The notes under the pieces are model-generated. The model saw only the letters and a program-made list of their open reading frames with translations. It was not told the DNA's origin and made no database searches. A program made the position numbers and the translations under genes. Below are positions 40,944-54,137 of a DNA stretch of 64,000 nt, piece after piece (the first letter of the stretch is position 1; the number at the start of each line of letters is the position of its first letter). Source of the stretch: the human T2T-CHM13v2.0 reference genome, Homo sapiens; the NCBI RefSeq assembly GCF_009914755.1, contig NC_060947.1; one strand, 5' to 3'.

Positions 40944-43900
40944 GGAGAATCTGGCAAGATGGCCGAATAACAGCTCCGGTCAGCAGCTCCCAGTGAGACC
41001 AAAGCAGAAGGTGGGTGATTTCTCCATTTACAACTGAGGTACCCAGTTCGTCTCACTGGGACTGGTTAGCCAGTGGGTCCAACTCACGGAGGGTGAGCAG
41101 AAGTAGGGTGGGGCATCGCCCAACATGAGAAGTGCAAGGAGCCAGGGGACCTCTCTCCCTCAGCCAAGCAAAGCTGTGAGGGACTGTGCTACCCAGCCCA
41201 GATACTACACTTTTCCCATGGTTTTTGCAATCCACAAATCAGGAGATTCCCTGGTGTGCCTACACCACCAGGGTCCTGGGTTTCAAGGATAAAACTGGGA
41301 GACAATTTGGGCAGACAGTGAGCTAGCTGCAGTTTTTTTTTTTTTTTTCGTAACCCAGTGGTGCCTGGAATCCCAGCGAGACAGAACCATTCACTCCTCT
41401 GGAAGTGAGGCCGAAGCCAGGGAGCCAAGTGGTCTTGCTCAGTGGGTCCCACTCCCACGGAGTCCAGCAAGCTAAGAACCACTGGCTTGAAATTCTCACT
41501 GCCAACACAGCAGTCTGAAGTCAAACTGCGACAACTGAACTTGGTGGCGGCGGGGGCGGGGGGGTGTCCACCATTACTGAGGCTTGAGTAGGCGGTCTTC
41601 CCCTGACAATGCTAAGGGGGCCGGGAGGTTTGGACTGGGCAGAATTTACCATGGCGCAGCAAAGCGGCTGTGACCAGACTGCCTCTCTAGATTCCTTCTC
41701 TCTGGGCAGGGCGTGTCTGAAAGGCAGCAGCCCCAGTCAGGGGCTTATAGATAAAACCCCATTTCCCTGGGACAGAGCACCTCGGGGAAGGGGCAACTGT
41801 GGGCGCAGCTTCAGCAGACTTAAACTTTCCTGCCCGCCAGCTCTGAAGAGAGCAGCTGATCCTGACAACGATTCTCCCAGCACAGTGCTCTAGCTCTGCT
41901 AAGGGACAGACTGCCTCCTAAAGTGGGTCCCTGACCCCTGTGCCTCTTGACTGGGAGAGACCTCCCAACAGGGGTCAACAGACACACCATACAGGAGAGC
42001 ACCAGCTGGCATCAGGCTGGTGCCGCTCTGGGACGGAGCTTCCACAGGAAGGAGTAGGAAGCAATCTTTGCTGTTCTGCAGCCTCCACTGGTGATACCAA
42101 GGTGAACAGGGGCTGGAGTGGACCTCCAGAAAGCTGCAGCAGACTTGCAGAATAGGGGCCAGACTGTTAGAAGAAAAACTAACACACAGAAAGCAACAAC
42201 TTCAACATCAACAAAAATAACTCCCACACAAAAACTCCATATAAAAGTCATTAGCCTCTAACATCGAAGGCAGATAAATCCACAAAAATGAGGAAAAACC
42301 AGCACAAAAACGCTGAAAATTCCAAAAAATAGAATGCCTATTTTCCCCCAAATGATCGCAACTCCTCTCCAGCAAGGGCATAAAACTGGACAGAGAATGA
42401 TATTGACGAATTGACAGAAGTAGGCTTCAGAAGGTGGGTAATAACAAACTCCTCTGAGCTAAAGGAGCATGTTCTAACCCAATCCAAGGAAGGCAAGAAA
42501 CTTGATAAAAGGTTAAAGGAACTGCTAACTAGAATAACCAGTTTAGAGAGGAACATAAATGACCTGATGGAGCTGAAAAACAGCAAGAGAACTTCGTGAA
42601 GCATACCCAAGTATGGATAGTTGAATTGATCAAGTAGAAGAAATGATATCAGAGATTGAAGATCAAATTAATGAAACAAAACATGAAGATTAGAGAAAAA
42701 ATAATTAAAAGGAACGAACAAAGCCTCCAATAAAATGTGGGTCTATGTGAATCAAATCTACGATTGACTGATGTACCTGAAAGTGATGGGGAGAATGGAA
42801 CCAAGTTGGAAAACACAATTCAAGATATCATCCAGGAGAACTTCCCCAACCTAGCAAGACATGCCAACATTCAAATTCAGGAAATACAGAGAACACCACT
42901 AAGATACTCCTTGAGAAGAGCAATCCCAGGACACATAATCATCAGATACTCCAAGTTTGAAACAAAGGAAAAAATGTTAAGGGCAGCCAGAGAGAAAGGT
43001 CGGGTTAACCTACAAAGGGAAGCTCATCAGACTAACAGTAGATCTCTCTGCAGAAACCCTACAAGCCTGAAGACAGTGAGGGTCAATATTCAACATTCTT
43101 AAAGAAAAGAATTTTCAACCCAGAATTTCATATACAGCCAAACTAAACTTCATAAGCAAAGGAGAAATAAAATCCTTTCCAGACAAGCAAATGCTGTGAG
43201 ATTTTTGTCACCACCAGGTCTGCTTATAAGAGCTCCTGTAGGAAGCATTAAATATGGAAAGGAAAAACTGGTACCAGCCACTGCAAAAACATCAAAATAT
43301 AAAGACCAATGACAATATGAGGAAACTACAACAACTAATGTATAAAATAACCAGCTAGCATCATGATGACACGATCAAATTCACACGTAACAATATTAAT
43401 TTTCAATGTAAATGGGCTAAATGCTTTCCATAAACAGAACCAATGACAAAAACCACGATTATCTCAATAGACGCAGAAAAGGCCTTCAATAAAATTCAAC
43501 ACTACTTCATGCTAAAAACCGCCATAAACTAGGTATTGATGAAACATATCTCAAAATAGAGCTATTTATGACAAACCCATAGCCAATATCATACTGAATG
43601 GGCAAAAGCTGGAAGCATTCCCATTGAATACCAGCACAAGACAAGGATGCCCTCTCTCACCATTCCTATTCATCATAGTATTGGAAGTTCCAGCCAGGGC
43701 AATCAGGCAAGAAAAAGAAATAAAGGTATTCAAATAGGAAGAGAGGAAGTCAAATTGTCTCTGTTCACAGATGACATAATTGTATATTCAGAAAACCCTA
43801 TCGTCTCAGCCTAAAAACTATTTATGCTGATAAGCAACTTCAGCAAAGTCTCAGGATACAAAACCAATGTGCAAAAATCACAAATATTCCTACACACCAA

Positions 43901-45700
43901 TAATACACAAGCAGAGAGCCAAATCATAGTTAAATTCCCATTCACAATTGCTATAAAGAGAATAAAGGAATACAACTTAACAAGGGACATGAAGGACCTC
44001 TTCAAGGAGAGCCACAAACCACTGCTCAAAGAAATGAGAGGACACAAACAAATGGAAAAACATTCCATGCTCATGGATAGGAAGAGTCAATATCGTGAAA
44101 ATGGCCATAGTGCCCAAAGTAATTTATAGATTCAATGTTATCCCCATCAAGCTACCACTGACTTTCTTTGCAGAATTAGAAAATGCTAATTTAAGTTTCA
44201 TATGGAACCAAAAAAGAGCCCATATAGCCAAAACAATCATAAGCATAAAGAATAAATCTGGAGGCATCATGCTACCTGACTTCAAACTATACTACAAGGC
44301 TACAGTAACCGAAACAGCATGGTGCTGGTACCAAAACCAATATATAGACCGATGGAACAGAACAGAGGCCTCAGCAATAACACCAAACATCTACAACCAT
44401 TTGATCTTCGACAAACCTGACACAAACAAGCAATGGGGAAAGGATCCCCTATTTAATAAATGGTGCTGGGAAAACTGGCTAGCTATATGTAGAAAGCTGA
44501 AACTGGACCCTTTCCTCACACCTTATATAAAAATTAACTCAAGGTGGATTAAAGACTTAAATATAAAACCTAAAACCATAAAAGCCCTACAAGAAAACCT
44601 GGATTATACCATTAAGGACACAGGAATGGGCAAAGACTTTATGACTAAAACACCAAAAGCACTTGCAACAGAAGCCAAATTGGACAAATGGGATCTAATT
44701 AAACTAAAGAGCTTCTGCACAGCAAAAGAAACTATCATTGGAGTGAACAGGCAACCTACAGAAGGGGAGAAAATTTTTGCAATCTATCCATCTGACAAAG
44801 GTCTAATATCCACAATCTACAAGAAACTTAAACAAATTTAGAAGAAAGAAACAACTCCATCAAAAAGTGGGCAAAGGATATGAACAGACACTTCTCAAAA
44901 GAAAACATTTATACGGCCAAAAACATATGAAAAAAAGCTCATCATCACTGCTCATTAGAGAAATGCAAATTGAAAACACAATGAGATAACATCTCATGCC
45001 AGTTAGAGTGGTGATCATTAAAAAGTCAGGAAACAACAGATGCTGGCGAGGATGTGGAGAAATAGGAATGCTTTTACACTGTTGGTGGGAGTGTAAATTA
45101 GTTCAACCATTGTGGAAGACAGTGTGGCAATTCCTCAAGGATCTAGAACCAGAAATACCATTTGACCCAGCAATCCCATTACTGGGTATATACCCAAATA
45201 TTATAAATCATTCTTGTATAAAGACACATGCACATTTATGTTTATTGCAGCGCTATTTACAATAGCACAGACTTGGAACCAACCCAAATGCCCATCGATG
45301 ACAGACTGGATGAAGAATAAATGGCACATATACAACATGGAATATTATGCAGCCATCATGTCCTTTGCAGGCACATGGATGAAGATGGAAACCATCATTG
45401 TCAGCAAACTAACGCAGGAACAGAAAACAAAACACCAGGTATTCTCACTCATAAGTGGGAGTTAAACAATGAGAACACATGGATACAGGGAGGGGAACAT
45501 TAAAAACTGCGGCCTGTCGGGGGTTAGGGAGAAGGGGAGGGAGAGCATTAGGACAGATACCTAATGCTTGCGGGGCTTAAAAACTGAATGACGGGTTGCT
45601 AGGTGCAGCAAACCACCATGGCACATGTATACCTATATAACAAACCTGCACGTTCTGCACAAGTATTCCAGAACTTAAAGTAAAATTAACCAAAAAAAAA
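40944..45700 (+). mobile_element. L1PA (about L1PA7/8) with both ends present and a ~1.6 kb internal ORF2 deletion; intronic, antisense to RPS6KA6
   Basis: 5' start ggcaagatggccgaataacagctccgg. Disrupted ORF1 (42411-43102). ORF2 remnants 43824-45465. 3' end cagaacttaaagtaaaatt plus A tail. Confidence 0.95.
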
Positions 45701-46680
45701 CTGTTCTAATATAGAAACAAAATCATCGTATGCAAACGTTTCATCAATCACAGAAGCAGTGAAACTAAAGACTCTAAGTAGTACTATCAGATTCTGAAGA
45801 ATAACGTAATTGGTTGAAACCATGTAAGGGACTAGGGCAACCAATCAAAAGCCATACTGGGGAAACATGTGCAAAAATAAATGGACAATTAATACTAAAA
45901 AGAAGATAACAATGATTTCAATGAAACAAACCTAAATGGTTATTGGAAAAATGAAAAAATTTCAATAGTCCAAGGATTTCTTCTTCTGGTCAAGATGAAA
46001 TACCAAGGACTGGATGTACCTATCTGCCCGAAACAACCAATTAAAAAAAAACATAAAATATATAATATGTCAACAGTTTTCAGGATATCAGATGTTAGGC
46101 AATAAAGGAAAGTGATTCCTAATAGTGGGAAACAATCAGGTTAGCATTGTGATTGCTTCAGCTTACCAACCTGAGAGAGTTTTCTAGCTGCTGTGCAGGT
46201 AAGGGAAACTCAGGTGAAGCCTTGTGGGTTTGAACTGAGGAGATAGAACTGAGACTCAGGGGAGACCAAGGCAGACATAGTTAGCAGGACAGGGTATGAG
46301 AGGGGTGTGAGGAGCAGAGAGAGAGAATTACAAGGCTCTATAAAAGGTCTCACTAAATTATCTAGCAGATTACTACTGATAAAGACGTGGGGAAACAACC
46401 CAAGACCTTGGAAAGAACTATCTGAAAGCACTGGATGAAAATCAGGACTCACACAGGTGGGGTGTATTGCCTGTTTCCACCCGCCAAAATGGAAAACATC
46501 ATAATTGATGAAGTATATTACAGAGTATTTAGAAGCACCTTGCCTAAATAGTGAGTAGCCCTAGACTAAACACTAGTCTGGTCCTGCCTAAAAAAATTTA
46601 AAAGGAGGACCCAAAAGTATGAAACTGTTTCCAGTAACTTAACTGCTGCCCAGAATAAAGTTCAAGCATACTTATAGGAA

Positions 46681-49600
46681 AATGAAGAGCAAACTAAACC
46701 TAAAATTAGAAGAAAATAAATAATAAACATCAGAGAAGAAATAAACAAAATAGAGAATAAAAAAAATGATAAATGAAAAAGAGTTGGTTTTATGAAAAGA
46801 TAAACACAATTGACAAACCTTTAATGGGACTAAGATAAAAGAGAGATGATTGAAATAAATAAAATCCAATGGAAAAGAAGACATTACAACTGATACCACA
46901 GATATAGAAAGAACTATGAGACTATTACAAACAACTATATGCCAACAAATTGGAACACCTAGAAGAAATTGATACGTTCCTGGATATATAAAATCTACCA
47001 AAATTGAATGGACAAAATAGAAAATCTGAACAGACCAATAGAAAGTAACAGGATTAAATCAGTTACAAAAAGTCTCCCATCAATGAAAATCCCATCATCT
47101 GATGCCTTCACTGCTGAATTCTTAAGAGCAAATACCAATCCTTTTCAAACAATTCCAAAGGATTAAAGAGGATAGAATCCTGCCAAACTCATTGTATGAA
47201 GCCAGAATAACCCAACTGTTCTAACCAGACAAGAACACAACAACAAAAACTATAGGCCAATAGCCTTAAAGAACATAGATGCAAAAATCCCCAGCAAACT
47301 GAGTTCAACAGCACATTAAAAACATCATTTAACATAATCAAGTATAATTTATCTCAGGAATAAAAGGATGGTTCAACACATGCAAATTAACACATAATAC
47401 ATCACATCAACAGAATCAAGGACAGACGCCATATGATAAATTTAAAATGCAGAAAAAGCATTTGATAAAATTCAACATCCATTAATGATAAAAAACATTA
47501 AACAAATTAGGTATAGAAGAAACATACCTCAACTTAATAAAGGTCACGTATGACAAACCCACAACTAATATCATACTGAATAGGGGAAGGTTGAAAGCTT
47601 TTCCTGTATGATATGGAATAAGACAAATATGTCCACTTTTACCACTTTTATTCAGCATAGTTCTGGAAGTCCTAGCCAGAACAATTGGGCAAAAGAAATA
47701 AGGGGCATGCAAATTGGAAAGAAGGAAATAATACTGTTACTATTTGCAGATGACATTATCTTATTTATAGAAAACACTAAAGATGCCACCAAAAATTGTT
47801 AGAATAAACAAAGTGCAGTAAAGTTGCAGGATACAAAAGCAACATACACAAATCACTAGCATTTCTATATGACAAGAGTGAACAGTCTGAAAAAGAAATT
47901 GAGAAAGCAATTCCATTTAGGAGCTGCAAAAAAATAGAGAGGAATAAATTTAACCAAGGATGTGAATGATCTCTACAATGAAAACTATAAAACACTGATG
48001 GAAGAAACTGAAGAGGATACAAATAAATGGAAAAATATTCCATTTTCATGAATAGCAATAATTAATATTGTTGATATGTCTATACTACCCAATCTACAGA
48101 TTCAATGCAATCTCTATCAAGGTATCAATGGCATTCTTCACAGACATAGAAAAAATTATAAAATTCGTATGGAAGCACGAAAGACTCCAAATAGCCAAAG
48201 TCATTTTGAGCAAAAAGAACAAAGCTGGAGGCATAACACTGACTTCAAAGTATTCTATAAAGCTATAGTAACCAAAACAGGATGGAGTCAGCATAAAAAT
48301 AAACATATAGACCAATGGAACAGAACAGACAACACAGAAATGTATTGATGCTCTTACAACCAACTGATTTTCAATAAAGGCAGCAGGAACACACATTGGG
48401 TAAAGGATGGTCTCTTCAATAGATAGTGCCAATAAAACTGGACATCTATATGCAGAAGAATAAAACTAGACCAACATCTCTTACCATATATAAAAATCAA
48501 CACAAAATGGATTGAATACTTAAATGTAAGACCTGAAACTATAAAACTACTAGAAGAAAACATGGGGGAAATGCTTCATGACGTTGGTTTGGATAAGAAT
48601 TTTTGGGCAAGAATTCAAAAATACAGGCAAGAAAAGCAAAAATAGACAAATGGGATTACCTCAAACTAAAAAGTTACTGCCCAAGAAAGGAAATAATCAA
48701 CAGAGGAAAGAAACAATCTACAGAATAGTAGAAAATATTTGCAAAGTACATATCTGAAAAGGGATTAATATCCAGAATATATAAAACATTCAAACAACAT
48801 AATAGCAAAAAAATACATAATTTGATTAAAAAGTGGTCAAAAAATCTAAATAGACTTTTTTTTTTCAAAAGAATAAATACAAATATCCAATAGGTATATG
48901 GAAAAATGCTCAATATCACTAATTATCACAGAAATACAAATCAAAACCATAATGGGATATTATCTCACCCCAATTAGAATGGCTAGTACAAAAATGACAA
49001 ATGCTGCCATGGATGTAAAGAAATGGGAAATGCGCTATACTATTGGTGGGAATGTAAACTAGTACAGCCACTATGGAAAACTGCATGGCATTTCCTCAAA
49101 AAATTAAAAACAGTACTAACATATGATCCAGCAGTCCCACTACTGGCTATTTACCCAAACAAAATGAGAACAGTATATTGAAAAGATATCTGCACTCCTA
49201 TATTTACTGCAGCACGATTCACAATAGACAAGATATAAAAGCAACCTATGTGTTCACCAACAGATAGTGGATTATAAAATGCGGTAAATATAAACAATGG
49301 AATACTATTGGCCAAAAGAAATGCTGTCATTTGTGGCACCATAGATAAACCTGGAAGACATTATGTTAAAGAAAATAAGCCAGACACAGAAATACAAATA
49401 CCACCTGATCCACTCATTTGTGGAATTTACAAAAGCTGATCTCATAGAGGTACAGAGTAGAACAGTGGTTACTAGGGAATGAGGAGGTTAGGGTTGAGGG
49501 AGGGATGGGGAGAGATTAGCAAATGGGTACAAAATTATAGACAGATAGGAGAAGTAAGTTCTGGTGCTCTGTTGCAGAGTAGAGTAAATATAAATAACGA

Positions 49601-49826
49601 TACTGTATTATACATTTCAAAACAGCTAAAAAAGAGGATTTTGAATGTTTTCATCACAAAGAAATGCTAAATGTTTAAGGTGATGGATAAGTTAATTATC
49701 CTGATTTGAACATCATACAATATACACATGTATTGAAACATCACACTATACCTCATAAATATGTACAATTTTTATGTGTTAATTAAAAATAAATCTTAAG
49801 AAAAACAAATTTGACATTAAGAAAAT
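46681..49826 (+). mobile_element. 5'-truncated L1MA-type element with TSD
   Basis: ORF2 remnants and an L1MA 3' UTR (gttaattatcctgatttgaacatcatacaa..aaacatcacacta). TSD atacttataggaa at 46668-46680 and 49830-49842. Confidence 0.9.
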
Positions 49827-50078
49827 AGAATACTTATAGGAATTTAAAAGTATCTAGCACCCACCAAGGTAAAATTCACCGTATTTGGTATCTTCTCAAA
49901 AATTAGTGGGCAGGCAAAAAGCACAAAAATGAGGAGAAAGAAAAGAATCAATCAAAACTGACCCAGAACTGACACAGATGTCAGAATTAGCAGACAAGGA
50001 TGTTAAATAGTTATTATAATTGTATTCCTGATGTTCAGAAATTAAGTAGAGATAGAGAAGATATAAAAAAAGACTCAA

Positions 50079-50403
<325 letters not shown>

Positions 50404-52803
50404 CTAGAGATAAAAACTGTGAGATAATAAATAATGAAACTAAATCAAATATACACAATAGATACTTTCCAAAAAGAAACACGAGAGTATAGAACAACAA
50501 AAGAGCAGTTTGAGTGAGCTGTGAGACAACTTCACATGGTCTAATATATATATGCAGTTGAAGTCCCAGAAGAAAATTGGGAGCAGAAAAGAATATTTAA
50601 ATAAATAATGGCCCCCAAATGTCCAAATTTGATGAAAACCATAAATTCACAGATACAATAAGGTCAATAAAACCCAAGTACAAGAAAAATCAAGAAAATT
50701 TCATCAAGGCACATCAAACCCAAATCACTCAAAACCCAAGACACAGAGAAAACCTTAAAAGTAGCTAGAGAAAAAAGGACATGTTACATGTGAAACAAGG
50801 ATAACAACAGATTTCCTGTCAGAAAAAAAAAATTCAAATGGGAAGACTATGGAGCAACATATTTAACATACTGAAAAAAAGTCAACCAATAATTTTATAT
50901 TGTGTGAACATATCTTTCAAAAATAATGGCAAATATTACACGTCATAAAGAAGGTCATTTCATAACAGAGGGGATAAGTAATCAAGAGAAGAAAATTATA
51001 AATGTTTATTCATGTAAAAACAAAGCGTCAAAATACATGAAGCAAAAACCATTATAACTGCAAAGAGAAATACACAAATCCATGATAGCTGAAATGAGAA
51101 AATAGACATCAGTATAGATTACAGTGGTTAATAGCAGATATTAACCAGTTAGTGAGAAAATATTATAAGAAAAACCTTGTGCCAATGTGTTTGACAATGG
51201 ACAAATTCTTTGAAATAAAAAAATGCCAGTGCTCACTCAAGAAGAAACAACTAACCGAAATAGCCATATACCTTTTTAAGAAATTGAATTTATAGTTAAA
51301 TATTTCCAACAAAGAAAACTGTAGGTCCAGATGGCTTCACTGATGAATCCCAACAAACATTTAAGAATAAGAAATTCTAATTCTAAATAACTTTTTTCAG
51401 AAATTTGAAGAGGAGGGAATGTTTCTCAACTCATTTAAGACCACTATTACACCAATATCAAAATCAGACAAAGATACTTACAATAAAATAGTACATCCAC
51501 ATCCCTCATGAACACAGATGCAAAAATTGTAAGGAAAATTTTAGCAAATCAAATTTAGCTATATATAGTCTATTATGATCGAGTGGTACTTAACCTGGGA
51601 ATAGAAGGTTGGCTTAGCATTTGAAAATAAACGTAATTCAAATGTATATCAATGTAACAACAATAAAGAAAATCATGTGATTATCACAGCAGACATAGGA
51701 AAAGGCTTAGACAAAATCCAACATTCATCTCCAATACAAATTTTCATCAAACCAGAAACAAAATGGAACTTTTACCTAATTAGAAGCATCCATATAAAAC
51801 CCACAGCTAACATCATCCTTAATGGTGAAAAATAAATGCTTACACTCAAGATCAGGAACAAAACAAGAATGTGCATTCTTTCCACTTCTACAACACTATA
51901 CTGGAAGTTCTAGCCATTGAAAATTAAGAAAAAAGACATCCATATTAGAAATCAAGCACTAAAACGTCCTTATAAAAACTATTACCATCTATGTAGAAAA
52001 ACTGATAGAATCTAGAAAAAAGCTACTAGAATTCATAAGTGAGGTTAGCAAGCTTCTAACATACAAGATCAATATAATCACATTTCTGCATACTAGCAAC
52101 AAAAGAAAATAAAATTTTAATGCCATTAATATTAAAAACAAAATATTTGGGGAAAAGATATGATAAAAGATGTTTAAGACCTGTATATTTAAACGTATAA
52201 AACATTGTTGAGAGAAAGTAAAGACCTAACTGGAAAGAGATACTGTGTTTATAGATAAGAAAAGTCAATGCTGTTAAAATGTCAATTCTTCCCAAATTGA
52301 TCTATAGCTCCATCACCATCTCATTCAAAATCCTAGCAGGCTTCTTTTTCTGATAGAAATTGAGAAGCTGATTATAAAATTCATATGGCAATGCAAAGCA
52401 CCCAAAATAGCAAAACAACAACAAAAAAACTCAAAAAACTCTGAAAAAGAAAAAAGTCGAAACACTCATGGTACCTGATTTCAAAATTTAATTATAAAGC
52501 AACAGTAACGAAGATAGTATGGTAATAGTGTAAAGACAGACAAGTAGATCAGTGAAACAGAATAGGAAGTGTAGAAACAGAACCATGGATATTTGGACAA
52601 TTGATATAAATACAAATGCAATTTGGTGAAGAAAGGATATTATTTTCAAAAAGTGGTACTGGAACAACTGCATATTCACATGTAAAAATGAACTTTGACC
52701 ATATGTTGTACCATATATATATATGTTGAATCAAAAAAGAACATTGACCTAAAGATAAAACCTAAAATGATACAACTTCTAAAAGAAAACACAGGGGAAA
52801 ATA

Positions 52804-53072
52804 CAGATGCTCTGATTTATTAAGGGGTTACACCTTGAAAAATACAGACTACTGATTGTTAACCCTCATGATCACATAGCTGACTGGGAGCTGTGGCTGG
52901 CTGCAACTACCTAGCATTGCCAAAGAGTATTTTACTGCACATTGCTAGCCCAGGAAAAGATAACAATTCAAAGGTTCAAAGTAGAGTTTCTATTGAATGT
53001 ATATTGATTTCACTCTATCCTAAGTCAAAAAATCATCAGTCAGTCAAACCATCATAAGTTGGGAAACCTCTG
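52804..53072. mobile_element. MER47B/Tigger5-like TcMar DNA transposon fossil
   Basis: TA|cagatgc..cctctg|TA termini with TA target duplication. Internal tgactgggagctgtggct..gctagcccaggaaaagat. Confidence 0.82.
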
Positions 53073-54137
53073 TATTTGAAATCTTGCATAAGGCAAAAGT
53101 TTATTAGCTCTAATATCAAAAACATGATATACGAAAGAAAAAGAATAATCTTTATCAAATTAGAAATGACTTCTTTGAAAGACACTTAAGAGAATTAAGA
53201 GACAATCCATAAAAAGAAAATAATTGCAAAGCATAGATCTGACAGAGAACTTGCATTTAACACTCAAAAACCCAGTGAAAAAGGGAAAGGTAAAAGATAA
53301 ATGGATGGCAAATAAACACATGAAAAATGCTGAACATCATTAGTCACTAGGGAAATGCGAATTAAAACTACTTTCAAATAGTATCACACACCTTTTAAAA
53401 TAGCTAATTTTTTTAAAAAGGATCATATCCAGTGTTGCCAAAGATGTGGAAGAACTAAAATTTTCATATGCTAATGGTGAAAATGTAAAATAGCTCAGAT
53501 AATTTGTAAAACAATTGAGTGGTTTCTTAAAACATTAAACACATGACTCAATCATTCTGCTCATAGGTATTTATACAAAAAAAAAAGATATACACACATA
53601 AAACCACTGGCACATAGATATTCATAGCAGCTTTATTGGTTAACAACACAAAACAACACAAATGTCCATCAACAGGTGAACAGATGAACAATGATGTATC
53701 CATAAAAAGAAATATTATCCAGCAATAAAATAGAATTAACTATTGCTGTACTTCAACAACATAGATAAATCTCAAAATTATTATTAAATAAAAGAGATCA
53801 AAAGACTGCAGACTTATGATTTAATTTATAAACATTTAAAAAAATATACAAACCCGTAGTGGCAGACAGCACAACTGTGTGTGCCAGAGAATGAGGTGGG
53901 TGGAAGATTATAAATTGAAGATATAGGGCAGGAGGGAGGGAATTACAAAACAGCATGAGGAAATGTTTAGTGGTAATGGATATGTTCATTATCTTGATTT
54001 TCATGATGGTTTCATGGGTGTGTATATATGTCATAACACTATATACTATACATGCATTTCATTTGTTATCAATTCTACCCCACTATAGTTGCTTAAAAAA
54101 AAATAAAAAAACTCAACAGTCTAGCATATAAGTTCTT

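Noticed and set aside
44095-44841. 248-aa ORF
   Set aside because: Residual L1 ORF2 fragment bounded by a frameshift and a stop. The element lacks its endonuclease, so this is neither a host gene nor an active L1.
40930-45712. TSD for the 40.9-45.7 kb L1
   Set aside because: Flanks (aagcattttc vs aaactgttc) are too dissimilar to call.
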